DNA of 64,000 bases from Saccostrea echinata (GCF_033153115.1 NW_026889809.1:4898001-4962000), one strand, 5' to 3'; numbered from the stretch's first letter, positions 1 to 13,507 are shown. Numbers and translations: made by a program. The notes: generated by a model not told the origin, from the letters alone.

Positions 1-260
1 GCCACTGACAACTGCTTACAGCGAAAACCAAGACACATAAATAATATTTTAGAGAAAGGATCCAAATAATTATTAGTTATCTTTCATTATAACTCATACT
101 ACATTAATTATATCAATAAGATGATGTTTTACAGGAGGGTAAGGGTAGTTTCTATTTTTGCATCCCTTTATGAAAAAGGAAATCATTGCGTAATTGAAAT
201 GTCCCTAGTTCAATATATTACAAATTCAATAGCTTATGTTGGTACAGTGATGAGTCCTGC

Positions 261-446
261 AGATTTGACACACTACGTGATGTCGTACTTTAGATTTGAC
301 ACACTACGTGATGTCGTACTTTAGATTTGACACACTACGTGATGTCGTACTTTAGATTTGACACAGTAGGTTATGCCGTACTTTAGATTTGACACACTAC
401 GTGATGTCGTACTTTAGATTTGACACAGTAGGTGATGCCGTACTTT
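261..446. repeat. 31-bp minisatellite, 6 copies
   Basis: Unit AGATTTGACACACTACGTGATGTCGTACTTT starts at 261, 292, 323, 354, 385 and 416; copies 4 and 6 share variant bases. Confidence 0.95.
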
Positions 447-656
447 ACTTTTCTTGAAAATTAGTGGAATTTGTTTTAAAAATTAATATTGAGGCGAGAA
501 TATGAGACATTAGCGTCTATGTTTTAGGGAATAATGTTGAGTATACGCAAGTGGTAATTAAAAGGCAGGAGATCATATTTATCGCCAGGATGGGACTGGG
601 GCCAAAAAAATAATTGATTGAATAAGAAACACTTGGCCCCAAACCTAACATAATGA

Positions 657-1163
657 ACAAGCATTCTGAGAGTATTGCATTAGCAATACTAGTCCCCTAC
701 CGGCAAGTGTAATCTGGTTCCTGTTAAGAATTGAAAATGCCATAATTCCGTCAAAAATTAATGAAGCGGGACGAAATGCAAACTTGATCTATAACTAATC
801 AAGGTAAAGCCACATACCAAAAATCAGCTCAATATCTGAAAGCGTTTAGAAGAAAATTGCGGAAAACCCCTAAAAATTGAAAAGGCCGTAATTCCGTCAA
901 AAATCAGTGAAGCGGAACGAAATGCAAACTTGATCTGTAACTCATCAAGATACACTCACATACCAAAAATCAGCTCAATATCTGCAAGCGTTTAGGAGAA
1001 AAGTGCGGAAAACCAAGTGGGACAGACTGACAGACAGACAGAGGGACAGACAGACAGACAGACAGACGGACAGGCAGACAGACAGACAGACGGACGGACA
1101 GACGGACGGACAGACTCAGAGGAAACCTATAGTCCCCTCCGGTTTCACCGGTAGGGGACTAAT
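657..1163 (-). mobile_element. Non-autonomous Helentron-type element (HINE/Pearl/DINE-1-like)
   Basis: Subterminal inverted repeat TAGTCCCCTACCGG (690-703) / CCGGTAGGGGACTA (1148-1161), terminal hairpin 1130-1161, (GACA)n microsatellite 1021-1116, two ~146-bp core repeats, and palindrome GTATTGC-ATTA-GCAATAC at the other end. A near-identical copy lies at 39955-40440. Confidence 0.85.
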
Positions 1164-1218
1164 AAAAATATACCCGGTATGTCCCAGGCTCATGTGAAAA
1201 AGTGAAATTATTTCCATA

Positions 1219-2317
1219 CATAGAGGGTTTTCAAAATGTTTGTGGACTAGCGCAATAAAATTAAAACCGCTTTTTTAAATCAATGAATTTTTACAAATTT
1301 AGTTAGCATCATCTTTTCTATCTATAGAATAAACCATAAATCATAAGTTTTTTAAATAAATTGTTAATATTTTTGTAAGCAATAGTATGTCCAGGCGGCG
1401 CAACCTCAAATATGACGTTCTTTCTACCAGAGTATTACTGAGAAAAACTCTTTTGATATGAGCAATTGTCATCAAAAAATCCCGTTATTTCAGGCATTTG
1501 ATACGCATTTGACACAATTGTTTCGTAAACTTTGCTATTTTTTACCGAATTCTAGATCTGTAAGTTCTATGAAATTTTATCCGTAATTATTATATGGAGT
1601 GTCCAAACAATCAATTAAGGGCTTGAAAATGACGTCAAAAAGGGGGAGGGTTTCTTTTTCCAACATTCTATAAAGTTTCGCTCCTAGAAAAACTGATATA
1701 GAGCTAAGGAATGTTTAAATGGGCTACAGAAAAATAAAATGCACCCAAAGTACATATGCAATTAATTTTGAATGCCCAAAAAGATTCAGAGAGATGAAAG
1801 ATGCACAGTTAAAGTCGATATGTAATAAGGGTGTCAAAAGTCAGTCACGTCGAAAAGCAACATTGTTCATGTGTGGTAGAAATTGAACTCCAACAAGCTA
1901 AGTATTCTGGCATAATCAAGTAAGGATCTTTCCCTATGTATAGATCCATTTACAATATTAAATGCATTGAAAGCTGTTCATGACATTGTGAAGTCATATA
2001 AACCAAGACGGACTTAAGGCCTTACTTAACTCCAGGTAATCTCATCAAGATAAGTGTATGAGGTGGAGAGAGCGAATATTGAGAAACAATGACGTTGTCG
2101 GACGTCATGAAACTAAACGGTGACAGCGCCGGGTGATCATATAAAGTCTTTTTTATTTTAGAATAATTTGACAAATTATCAACGTATCAAGCTAAAATTG
2201 TCAACATTTCTTAAACTTTTGTTGTTTATGTTCCTTATAAATTTTGTAAGCAAGAGTACATAGTATTCTTTAATTTTATCGCATCAGTCCACGAACCTTT
2301 TGATAACCTCTCGTACA
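1219..2317. mobile_element. Degenerate Tc1/mariner-like non-autonomous element
   Basis: Left end GAGGGTTTTCAAAATGTTTGTGGACTAGCGCAATAAAATTA is an imperfect inverted repeat of TAATTTTATCGCATCAGTCCACGAACCTTTTGATAACCTCTCGTA at the right end; no ORF. Confidence 0.55.
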
Positions 2318-3149
2318 TAATATAACCTTAATTAACATCATGAAATGTATGGAGATAACGAACAGTTTTCAAGCTCAAAAGCATTAATAGTATTTTTTAA
2401 ATCTTAAATGATGTATTGATTTCCAGACAATTTAGAAATGTAAAATATTTCGCACTTAAGGCCAGGTCTAAATTGTTTATAAAAGAAGGGACCTGTGATT
2501 TGAAGGTTTATATCAGGATGATGAATTACTATTCATATATAGCAATGAAGTGTTCTATCACTCCATTGTAAAATACAGTAATATAAATATATAAAAGTTA
2601 ATATTGAGTTACATAAGTACATGTATTTACACACATATTGTATGATTTTCTTGATTTGCCAATTATTTTAAGTGATAATTTTTGTTTTACATTGTTTGAT
2701 GGAAGAAAATATGAAAGTCCCATCTATACTTATGTTGTAAATAAAAATTGGTTGTCCCACCCTCATGCTTAGAGACGTACCTGTTACATTAATACTTCGC
2801 ACCGGTTCCACCGGGTGATAAAAAAAAAAAAAAGATGTAGGCTTTACATACATTCCCGTGTTGTCCAGAGTAAAAAACTTTGTTAAGAGAACAATTATTG
2901 TAACAATTTTATCAGAAACTTTTATTTATAGGTTTTCAGAACAGCATAAGAATTTTTTTTCTTTTTATAGGAAACTGAATTTAGTTATTGCTATTTCGTC
3001 ATTTAGCTGGGATATATTGATATATTTGCAATGAAGTAGCAGTTAGTTTATTACTTTACCATTCAAATTGGCGGGAAATCACTTTCATGAAAATTGTTTG
3101 GCCTTCTAAAATTCAAGATGCCAAGGAAGTCTAAATTGATATTTTCATG

Positions 3150-3505
3150 AAGAGATCTTAAGAGATCTCGTTTAAAGTCATCATTTCGTAAGTTCTATGC
3201 TCGATACAATGACCTTGTCAGCAAATACAATTTATCGTTGAGTCAAATGCTGACTGACGTTTTTCATACAAATTGTTAGGCCATTATTTACACACTGAAT
3301 TGTCGACGGATTTTTCCGTTATTTACCGATCACGACAAGGAGCACACGGCGGGTGTGACCGGTCGGCAGGGGATGCTCACTCCTCCATGGCACCTGATCC
3401 CACCTCTGATGTTTGGAGGTCCGTGTTTGCTCTGATCCTATTTTGTATTGTTTGATGGACTTTTGAGCCTGAATACTGTTCGTTATCTTCATATATTTCA
3501 CTTAA
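3150..3505 (+). mobile_element. 3'-terminal fragment of a Penelope-like retroelement
   Basis: Degraded RT C-terminus (RLKSSFRKFYARYNDLVSKY) followed by the conserved 3' motif GGCGGGTGTGACCGGTCGGCAGGGGATGCTCACTCCTCCATGGCACCTGATCCCACC, which recurs about 11 times in the window. Confidence 0.75.
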
Positions 3506-4297
3506 ATGATTGATAACTACCTTTTTACAAAGTATTTGTAGCACCAGATAAACTGATATAATCTTGGTAGCAGCTTTTCTTTCACTCTCCATCTTTCTAT
3601 TTTAGGTTTGGCTCGAAGAATATAATGGGCATTAAGATTCTCTTTTGACATGATGAGAAAATAGCGTGTAATGAGGGCTTTTAAAGTAGAATGATTTTGA
3701 GCTTGAAGTTCCAAACTGTCGTAAAATGTGTCAGTTTACATACTTCTCAAATATAGCTTACAGAGAACAAGATTCACGCAAAGTAGTCATTAGTTCGAGG
3801 AAACGTGGTCATCTTACAGGGCAGAATCAGCGTGAACAGCGGAATCTAGTGGTACATTTTTCAAACTTATTTTCCCCCTGATCATCTACTATATTCGTGT
3901 AAAGATTCGGAAAGTGAATAACATATGACAAAGTGTTTTGTTATGTAAGAATTTAAAGGTATCTATTGATGTTTAAGTAGATAATACTAGTGTCCATGTC
4001 ACATTAGATATAAATATCAATAACAACAACTTGAAAATATAAGAATGTAATTATTTATATATGAAAGAGAAATTACTAATACTAGTATTGCAACTGAAAT
4101 CATAATACATTTTGAGGAATATGAAAATAAGGAAACACCAATGCTTTCATCATGGTTTAGAAAAGTATTGCTTAACTGGTTCAATGGTTGTGTTGAATGA
4201 AACAATATTTCTGCAAAAAGTGATACACGATCTCACGGAGCGTTTGCCCTAATGAAATTAAAATCCTGAAGCTGTCTCTAAAGAATTTAGAAGAAAA

Positions 4298-4485
4298 ATG
4301 TCGAAATAAGATTCTGTATTTACCAGAGGTATGTCGAGATAAGATTCAGAATTTACCAGAGGTATGTCGAGACAAGATTCAGTATTTACCAGAGGTATGT
4401 CGAGATAAGATTCAATATTTACCAGAGGTATGTCGAGACAAGATTCAGTATTTACCAGAGGTATCCCTCCCGACAAGATTCAGTA
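4298..4485. repeat. 33-bp minisatellite, about 5.5 copies
   Basis: Unit ATGTCGAGATAAGATTCAGTATTTACCAGAGGT at 4298, 4331, 4364, 4397 and 4430. Confidence 0.93.
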
Positions 4486-4489
4486 ACAC

Positions 4490-5840
4490 TGAACTTTCAA
4501 ATATCAATATCTACATTCCTCCCGATAAATTAAAGATCAGGCTATTTGACATCATTGACAACTTAATCTTTTTTTAATGAATGGAAGTCGGAAATTTTCC
4601 GACCTTGTCATTGGTCACCTGCAGACTTACTTTGTTAAAACATTCTGATTGATTCTTCACACAAGTACTCTGAAGTTGATGTTAAAAAGATGCCTGATTT
4701 TCTCATTGACAATATTTATGAGGTCTTTGGAGACCAGGTTTTCCAACAATTCGTAGGAATTCCCATAGGTAATAACTGTGCGCCTTTAATTGAGTACCTG
4801 TTCTTGTGTTCTTACGAAGCAGAATTGATACACAAACTTCTGCATGAAAGGAAGTCTCTTGATGTGACCTTCAATTCGACATTTACATATACAGAGGAAG
4901 TTTTATCAATTAACAATAATATATTTCATTCATACATTGATTCGATATATCCCTTTGAACTCGAAATAAATGACCCTACGGAGCATGACATAACTGCTTC
5001 ATCTTCAGATATTTTAATACAATGACAATGATTGCAAGCTAACAACTAAATTTTATGATAAACGTGATGATTGATTGATTAATTGTTGTTTTACGCCCCC
5101 TTCGAAAATTTTTCACTCATAGAGAGACACCACATACCGGCGAAGGGCTTCAAATTTAAGCCCTTACACGGTACTCTGGGCCATTTTCCAGTGAGGGACT
5201 TTATCGTTAAATGCCTGCCGTGACATGGGCCTCGGGTTTTTAAAGTCTCCTCCGAAAGACCCACAACTTTCACTTCAAAGTACCGAGCGCTTGGCAAAGG
5301 AACAGTTAGCGCCCAATTTTTTTTTATCGAATTAGTTGAGTGGCGGCCAAGGTTTGAAACGACGACTCAAGGAGAAAGCAATCCACCCACTGACGGTTGA
5401 TAAACGTGATGACTTTAAATTTTCTATCATCAACTTCCCTTATCTATGAAGCCATATACTATTATCACCTGGTGATGCTTATATTTCCCATTTGATTCGA
5501 TGCACAAGAGCATGCTCCTCATTCCAAAACGAGACAGGATACCGACAAACAAGCTGATGATGCAAGAAACCTCATTTGAAGTCAATATTTTGCAAAGTCT
5601 ACTGTCGATATACAGTGATCTTATTTGCACATAAGATGTTTCGTAAGGTCGAATGTCAAATGGTGACAGATTGTTAGGCAATTTTTATTCATACTGAATT
5701 TACTACGGATTTTCTCCGTTTACCTTGAGAACACACGACCGGTGTAACCAGTCGACAAGGAATGCTTACTCCTCAATGGCACCTGATCCCAACTCTGATT
5801 TTAGTCTGTGTTTGCTCTGTTCAAAATTTGTATTTAGGTT
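4490..5840 (+). mobile_element. Degraded Penelope-like reverse transcriptase remnant, interrupted by a SINE
   Basis: ORF 4690-5025 (FLIDNIY..FGDQVFQQFVGIPIGNNCAPLI..LFL.SYE) matches the PLE RT motif GIPMGTNCAPLLADLFLYSYE; YIDD has decayed to YTEE; it continues YDKRDDF after the SINE and ends in the conserved 3' motif (5733-5820). Confidence 0.8.
5071..5397 (-). mobile_element. tRNA-derived SINE, degraded copy
   Basis: 15-bp target-site duplication TGATAAACGTGATGA (5056-5070 and 5398-5412), (TTGA)n tail, body similar to the copies at 15561 and 16243. Confidence 0.8.
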
Positions 5841-6364
5841 TTATTTCTATATTCTTTTTACACCCGGGCTCTTCTAGATCCTCACGGCCGCAACATAATA
5901 AAATGGCAATAAAATTACGAGTTCATAAAGCCTAGGGTAAATTTCTGAAGAACCACCAACAGGTGCTTGTTTTTGAAATAAAAGTTAACGTCATGATATA
6001 ATACCACAAGGTATTTAACTCCGAAATAAAAGCTGTGCCCCCTCCCAAAAATTGCAATCATATTTACTTTCAGAGAAAATGCAGCGGAAAAGCATTTCCT
6101 ACTATTTTCTTGTACAATTCTTCTAAAATACGTTATCTGCAAAACCATATATGGTAGGCTTGTCTTTATTATCTCATTTCTGTGTAAAATTGTGTACCGA
6201 GCGGAAAAATTATTCACACCAAGATATGCTATTTACGGGTCTTTGACAGAATACTTTCCGTAATTTGATTGGTTAAAAGGCTGTTTAAAAATTACATGTA
6301 TATCATATTTAATAATTAAAATATTTGAACACTTAGGTTGAATTTTTCAACACAGTAATTACTT

Positions 6365-7095
6365 CAACCTTCAACTCAACGAAGTTAGTGGGGTGGGGGT
6401 GGGGGCTATGTAATACTCTTGGTGTCGGTTTTGGTGTCCAAGGTTAAAGGGTTTGGAGCAGATTTCTTTTCAAGTACTTTTATGCTCTATCTTAATCAGA
6501 TATGCATGGAAGATGCTTCTGGTATGTTTCATTGTACCAGTCAAAATTTCAGATACTGCAAATTCAGCTAAAGAATGACCATGTTAATGTTTTGGAGCAG
6601 GTTAAAGTTTTTGGAGCAGGTCTCATTTCCAAGAAACTATAGACCCTATATTGACCAAACTTGCATGAATAATACTTCTAAGGATGCACACTACTGGACT
6701 TGCATCAAATGCTGCATCAGACTTACATTTTCCAGACGAGTGACCAGGATATAGTCTTTGGAGCAGGTTCATTCTAAAGTAACTGTAAGCCATATGTTGT
6801 CCAAAGTTGAATGAGTGATGCATTTAAGGATGCTTACTATTGGACTTGCCACGATACTGGATCTGAAATACATTCTCCGGATGATCGACCAGCTTAAAGT
6901 TTTTGGAGCTGGTCCATTCTCAAATTGCAAACTTGCATAGATGCTATACCTAAGGATGCACACTACTGGACTTGCTTCGGATGCTGAATTTGACCTTTTT
7001 GGAGCAGGTCCTTTACCAAGAAACTATAAGGACTCTCTGAACCAAACTTGCATTGATGATGCCACAGGGTGAAACTCTGCTATTCGGTTAACTGA
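6365..7095. repeat. Degenerate ~140-160-bp tandem repeats, probably the core of a HINE-type element
   Basis: Recurring TTAAAGTTTTTGGAGCAGG, CCAAACTTGCAT and AAGGATGCACACTACTGGACTTGC in 4-5 units. Confidence 0.55.
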
Positions 7096-7259
7096 AAGGA
7101 GGCTGAAAGTTTACTGATAGGTGATTGAATGGCATAGCTCTGCCATTCAGTGACCTTTCACGACTTTTCAGTGACCATTCAATTAAATAAATGATGCAGA
7201 TCATTCTGTGTGCATCAACGGATGAACGCTTGCTCCAGATACTGGATTTAACTTACATT

Positions 7260-8170
7260 TTCTGGATGAGTGATATGAAAAAGCTGATGGAATTTCCCAT
7301 TGACACTATCTATGTAGTCTTTGGAGACGAGGTATTCCAACAATCTGTTGGAATTGTTGTTGGCACTAATTGTGCTTCTTTATTTGACAACGGTTTTATT
7401 TTTTAAAAATATATTCTTTTATATTTTTATGATGCAGAATCTATTCAAAAACCTACAGGAGAAGAAGAAAATTTGTTATGGCTTTCAATTCAAAATTTTG
7501 ATATATCGACGATGATTTATCAGTTAATAATTGTTATCTTCATTCATATGTCAACTTGATATACAGTAGATCGGAAAATTTACACGATGGCAAAATTTCA
7601 CTATGTTCAAGAATTATCATTTTTCCGTGAAATTTTTACCCACAATGAATAAATTTATCAGATCACACAATTAAGTATCTGTCATGGGCCGCGCGTCTAT
7701 AGCGCAAAATTAAAACTGTCGGGATTGGTGTACTTGTAACAAATTGTCTAATTAACACGACTTAAAGTATGAAGTCAAGTCTGCCTTATCTGCTTCATAC
7801 TTGGATATTTTACTGACTGTAGGCGTTAATGGCGAACTAGCAACTGTATGGCAAACTGGAGGAGTTCAGCTTTTCCATCGTCAACTTTCCCTTTTTAGGT
7901 GTCAATATTCCACAATCATATGCATAAGGTGTTTATATCTCCCAACCGATTCGATACTCTGGGTACAATCAATTTCAAAATCAGATGCAGGTTACAGACA
8001 AATAAGTTGATGTAACAGGGTTTTCAATTATCATTTAAAGTCAGCATTCCCATTTAACGTTGGCAGATTCTTTGGTTGTTTATAATGTCTGTTTATGAAT
8101 AGAAACCTATCTTGGAGTCGTATTTCGATTGACATGTTTTCCACCCATTCTTAGGTCATTGTTTTATACC
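7260..8170 (+). mobile_element. Degraded Penelope-like RT remnant with a small internal insertion
   Basis: EFPIDTIYVVFGDEVFQQSVGIVVGTNCASL; TATATCGACGAT (YIDD) at about 7502-7513; unrelated insertion at about 7563-7760. Confidence 0.7.
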
Positions 8171-8719
8171 ATTTGGTATTATACCATATTTCAATAAACT
8201 GAATGTCATGTTTTATGAAATCTGAAGTAATCAGAACCTCAGTACTTTTGTCTGAGAAGGGTAAATAACATACATGTAATTTGTTTACCAGTGTTTCCCC
8301 CCTGTTGTTTAAATAAGGCAAAGTTACTGTTCATATTACTGTAATGTTAAATCAGAAGCTAAGAATGCTGCAACCAATTAGAAATATAATTGATAAATAA
8401 TCCTATAATAAAAGTTCATCTATAAGACAAACCAATGCCTCAATAAACTGCTCCAGAATAAAATGTTTCCATTTTTCACGGTCTGTAAAGTTTACGAAAT
8501 GATGATAATGGTAATTTAAAACTTTATAGCGAATCAAAGTAGAGGAGTTACAAAAAGGGTTACGAATACAGAGGATGCAAACGGAATAATCTAGTGTCAA
8601 ATTTGGGGATGATGCATGCTAATCAATAGGGCTTATTTCAAGAATTTTTTGAAGTGCATGTTTGAAAGGAAATTAAATATTTGAAATACATTGAAACAGG
8701 GTATTACTTCGCCATTATA

Positions 8720-9070
8720 TTATGTTAAATATGCGATAACGTACAGTGATCGATCAAAAAAAAAAATAAAAATCAAACATTATTAACTGTGAACAGGGCA
8801 TAAAACACTGACCCTTGAAATTCTAGAGGTGAGATCAGTGGTCTAAGAGGAGTAAGCATCCCTTGTCGACCGGTCACACCTGCAGTGATCCCCCAGTATT
8901 GATCAGATAGAATGAATATCCCGTCGTCAAATTTAGTATAAAAATAAAAAGTCCTAACAGTTGGTATGAAAAACTCACCCAAAATACGACCCAGTGATAC
9001 ATGTAGTTTATAGGTAGCCATCAAGGTCATTAAAACGACCATAGAATTTACGAAATGCTAACTTTAATTT
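8720..9070 (-). mobile_element. Penelope-like 3' fragment
   Basis: Reverse complement of the conserved 3' motif at 8810-8890 plus KFYGRFNDL-like RT tail. Confidence 0.7.
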
Positions 9071-9428
9071 ATCAGAAAGTGTGGCGGTATATACAATTTA
9101 TAATCCAATTTTCCAATTCTTCTCAAATACATATCCTTTATGTGCTATGCTAGGTGAATTTACACAAATTAGATGGAAGAGAGTGCCCATAATCCAGTGT
9201 TTCAAGTCTTAAAGTGAGCAGGAAGTTGTAGCTATTCGGTCATCTTCTCGCTCTCCAGGACTTAGGATAAAAGATATTAATTAAACACAAATGTTAACCT
9301 TGTTTGGTTGAAATTATAGTCAAAAGAAATTTGATTAGTAACATGAATTTTTTGTATTTAGCAAGGATTTATTTTTGCAAACAGTGTCCCTTTTGCAAGA
9401 TGTCGTGAGTGCCTAGAACCATTCATTT

Positions 9429-9471
<43 letters not shown>

Positions 9472-9924
9472 CAAAAAATAAGCAATCTACAATGAAAATG
9501 TGTTTTTATTAGCAAAAATTTGTTTATTAACTTTTAAAAAACAAGATTTTTGTTGAAATTGCAACATTTCTACCAAATAATATATTTGTTCAACTTATTA
9601 TGAAATTTAAGTAGTATGATAAGATATAATTCAAACATATTGAGATGTTGGAGGTGCATAGAACTATTCATTTTTTTCTTAAATTACACAAAAAATAAAC
9701 AGCTTACAAGGAAAATGTGTTTCTTTCAGCATTTCAGCAAAAATCTTGTATATTTTACATCAAATATTCCAAATTTAAAAAAAAATATATTTATACAAAA
9801 TTGCAACACATTTACATATACATGTAATATCTTCAACAATAATGTTTAATATTGACATCTTAAATTTAAGCAGTGTGATTACATATGTCTGAAACGTATT
9901 TCCTGATGTTTGAAACAAATTTCA

Positions 9925-10285
9925 CTCGTTGATGTTGATGTTACAAGGATTTCAACAACCCCGTTTAAAATTAGCTTTTTGCTAATTCTGATTAGCTATA
10001 ATAACCTTGTTTGCAATCTCAATCTTTCGTTATGTCGTATTTTGTCTGACATGTCGCATACCATCTGATAGGTCATTGTTTTATACTAAATTTGACTACG
10101 GAATACTACGTCTACCTGATCAATATAGGGCTAACGGCGGGTGTGACCGGTCGACGTGGGATGCTTGCTCCTCCTAGGCACCTGATCCCACCTCCATGGG
10201 TCTGTGTTTTGCCCTGCATGTTCACGATGCATTTTGTTTACTTGATTTATGAGATTGTTCACTATTCGGTATCTTCACCTTTTAC
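9925..10285 (+). mobile_element. Penelope-like 3' fragment
   Basis: RT tail (LMLQGFQQPRLKLAF) and conserved 3' motif at 10127-10215. Confidence 0.7.
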
Positions 10286-10379
10286 ATTAAACATATACTG
10301 AAAATCTTCACGTTTAAAACTTATTTTCAACACACTCTTACGAAAATATGTTCCAAAACATATCAAACCACTGAGCTAA

Positions 10380-11260
10380 TTTCGACTATTTTTTGTATGC
10401 AGCATCAATTGATAAAGTGAAACAAAGATTATGAATTTCATGGTGTCTGTCTTCCTGGGCTAATAAGTTTATCAAATATTGAAAATAAATTATATCTTAC
10501 AGTTTATTTTTAACTACTCATGGAATTTAGCAGAAAAATGGTTTTCATGATTAAAATGATTAATCAACCATCCTTTTACCAAAATTGGGAAATTCATACC
10601 CTTTTGGCCCATGGTTCAGACTCTGGGATGGGGCTTAGTTTGTCATATATTGAAAATAAATTACATCACTGAAAATCATCTACAATCAATGACATTCAGT
10701 GAGCAATCTACATGTATTTACATGATTATGATAAACATTTAGTCCTCTACAAAAATTTTGAAATTCACTCCATCCCCAGCAAATGGGTCAGGCCCATTGT
10801 AGGGTTAAATTGAAAATACAGTATGAATTTGACGATCTACTTTTCAAAGGACATTTAGTTGGCAAACTGATGATATGATTACAATTAATGCATAACCTTT
10901 TGCCAAAATTGTAAATTCAAGTCCTCTGGATTCAGTGTTCAGGTCAAGGATGAGGCCAAGTTGGTCATATATTGAAAGTACACTACATCTTTGAAAATCT
11001 TATTTAATAATAGACATCTGGCATACAAACTTTTTGAATGATTGTAATTAACAATTGGCAGGATCTTTATTAACACTTAGCCCTCTATATAAAATGTCAG
11101 ATTTATGGTTCCTGACCCATTGTTCATGTTCCAGGGTGAGGTTAAGTTTATCATATATTGAAATATATTTCTTTGAAATTTTTTATCAATACTAATGGAT
11201 ATGTGGTATGTCTATTGCTTACATGATTAGATAAGTAGCTAGTCCTCTACAGAAATAAAA
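10380..11260. repeat. Highly degenerate ~170-190-bp satellite-like tandem repeats
   Basis: Recurring CCAAAATTGTGAAATTCA-like, GTCATATATTGAAA and TGAAAATC motifs at regular spacing. Confidence 0.45.
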
Positions 11261-11550
11261 TCCGGATCCCCCCAGGGTCGTCAAATAATAAAATCAAATC
11301 ATTGCTGTGACAACATTCATTTTAACAGTTTAATATTAGTTTCTATTATTTTACTTTCTCAAAAATGACATCCTTCAATTTTCGATTGTTACTTGAACGA
11401 AACGAAATAAATTCATGATTAATAAACAATCAGCAAAGTTTAATCTTACATATACAATGCTTGTTTTGAAACAGATTATTATGTATCATATAGAAATCAA
11501 ATTAAACAGAATTTACAAAGTTATCCATTACAGTTGCATTCTTCTATAAA

Positions 11551-11646
11551 CTCACTCTCATTGGTTGTTATTAGCTTTCTCTCATTGGTTGTTATTAGCT
11601 TACTCTCATTGGTTGTTATTAGCTCACTCTCATTGGTTGTTATCAG
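11551..11646. repeat. 24-bp minisatellite, 4 copies
   Basis: Unit CTCACTCTCATTGGTTGTTATTAG. Confidence 0.9.
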
Positions 11647-12709
11647 AAATTTTAGCGGTATATATACAGATATACTTCAAACATCTGCATTATTTTCTGT
11701 ATTTGTATAGTTCAAATTCCCCTTTTCCTTTTCAATTCCCAATTATCATTTTCTAGATTGTCTTACTCGTGATCTAATGCATTGTTGTCAGCTCTATACG
11801 TGTTCTAAGGAAGAAAAATTTCGTTCCACCTCTCTAATCCGAGCTGATCCAACCACTTCAGATTCCTACTACAATGTAGCCGATTTAACAATATCGGGAT
11901 CTCTTACGTAAATCAATATTCGAAATAAATGTTAAAACATAGATTGTAGATTGAAAGTAACTTAGGTATGATATATGCCTCCTCCAATTCTGGAATATCA
12001 GACAGTATTTGGTCCTGCCTCAATCTGTGCTTTTTCATTCAGAATTGTACTTGACACATATATCATTTTAAGTGTACGTAACCTTAACGTCTTTACTCCT
12101 GTAGTTCTAGGAGATAAGTTACAATGAGTATGATAATAATGACAGAGTTCTGACCAAACTATAAAATGTTTGCCCAGTTCCAGGTGGACTCAAAGTGGAC
12201 ATAGGCCGAGAAGCTCATGATACTTAGTTTGGAATCTATTGCACTTTGTTCTGAGTTTTGTGAAAGACGAAGAATATCATTTGTCTAAAATTAAATTCAA
12301 ATCATTAGAAAGGAATCTGAGGTTAATTAACAAATCGATTATCTTGGATTAACCTGTATTGTGTTAATATTGTTTACTTGAAATTGATATTTGATTTGAA
12401 ACAAACATGGCCATACTGGCTTAATCATGATCTATCATGTTATTTTAGGGAAAACCCGGAAAGTGGGCTAGGATCCTTATCATGCCCTGTTTATTACATG
12501 AATACGTTATTTGTCTTGTTCCTGTATCTTAAATAAAATCTTTTTAAAAATTGTCATACCCCGGTGTTTACTCCTTGACATGCGATACCAGTAACTCTCA
12601 GGGTTAAGATTTGTCATATTTGATATCACTTTATTCACAACCCGAACTTTATTTGTAATCATTGATGTAGCTGTTTTATATGTTCTTACAAGATAAGAAA
12701 GAATTATAC

Positions 12710-13507
12710 CTTTTTACGATTCCTTGTTCTGGTTACTTCCTGTCTATCCAAAGATTGTCCTGGAGCTTTCGTCCCCCATATTCTATACACAATACGAAAG
12801 TATGTAATGTTTATAACCACCAGAGGCAGTGCGTACTGGATGATAAAAAGAAAATATATGTGAAGGCTCCTAAACATTTCGGAGGGGTAGGCATGTGAAC
12901 AAAATGGTTTCATCTGGTCCAGGAATGGCTCATCAGGAACGAAGATGACCTTGAAGAAAATCAAGTTAGGCAAACTTGAGATTATTCCAAATAACCAAAT
13001 ATTTACAAGAAGCAATACAGCCACTTTCATTTGTATGCCTGCTTTAAGAGGATACATTACAGCTATGTATCTATCTATGGAAATGATTGTCAAGGTAAAC
13101 ACAGACACACACACGGACAGGTTTTTGATGAATGGCGCCAAAGGACACAAGAAATATGGTACAACCCAGCGCTGAAGTAAAGCAGCTTGGAATTGAAATG
13201 GTATGGAAAACACTCCAATGATGACATCAGCAAATGCAAGGTTGGCAATGAAAATGTTGGTAATGGACTGCATTTTCTTGTTTCTAAAAATCACAAACAT
13301 AACCATAACATTTCCTAGTACAGCTATTAAAGAGATTGATCCATAAAGAAAAGCCAATAGGACCAAAAGTCCGGTGGATACTTGATGTGGTCTTTCTTGC
13401 TCATTGCCACCCTCCTTCGTCGAATTCGAGATATTTCTCAAAAGAATTTCAATTATGGTTAAATTTAAATTGACATTATATCCATCCATCATCATATTTT
13501 TGAGCAT
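12710..13507 (-). CDS. Rhodopsin-family neuropeptide GPCR (leucokinin/lymnokinin- or tachykinin-receptor-like), first coding exon covering the N-terminus to ICL3
   Basis: TM1 GNxxV, TM2 NLAFAD, FSIPFQFQAALLQRW (recalled kinin-receptor signature), TM3 DRY, TM4 W..SSLP, TM5 QYALPLVVI. The exon ends RKK|GTATAA donor at 12709. TM6-7 exons were not found in the window. Confidence 0.92.

Noticed and set aside
261-446. 31-33-bp repeats here and at 4298-4485 and 49353-49582 resembling CRISPR repeat lengths
   Set aside because: Units are directly adjacent with no unique spacers, there are no cas genes, and the DNA is eukaryotic; these are ordinary minisatellites.
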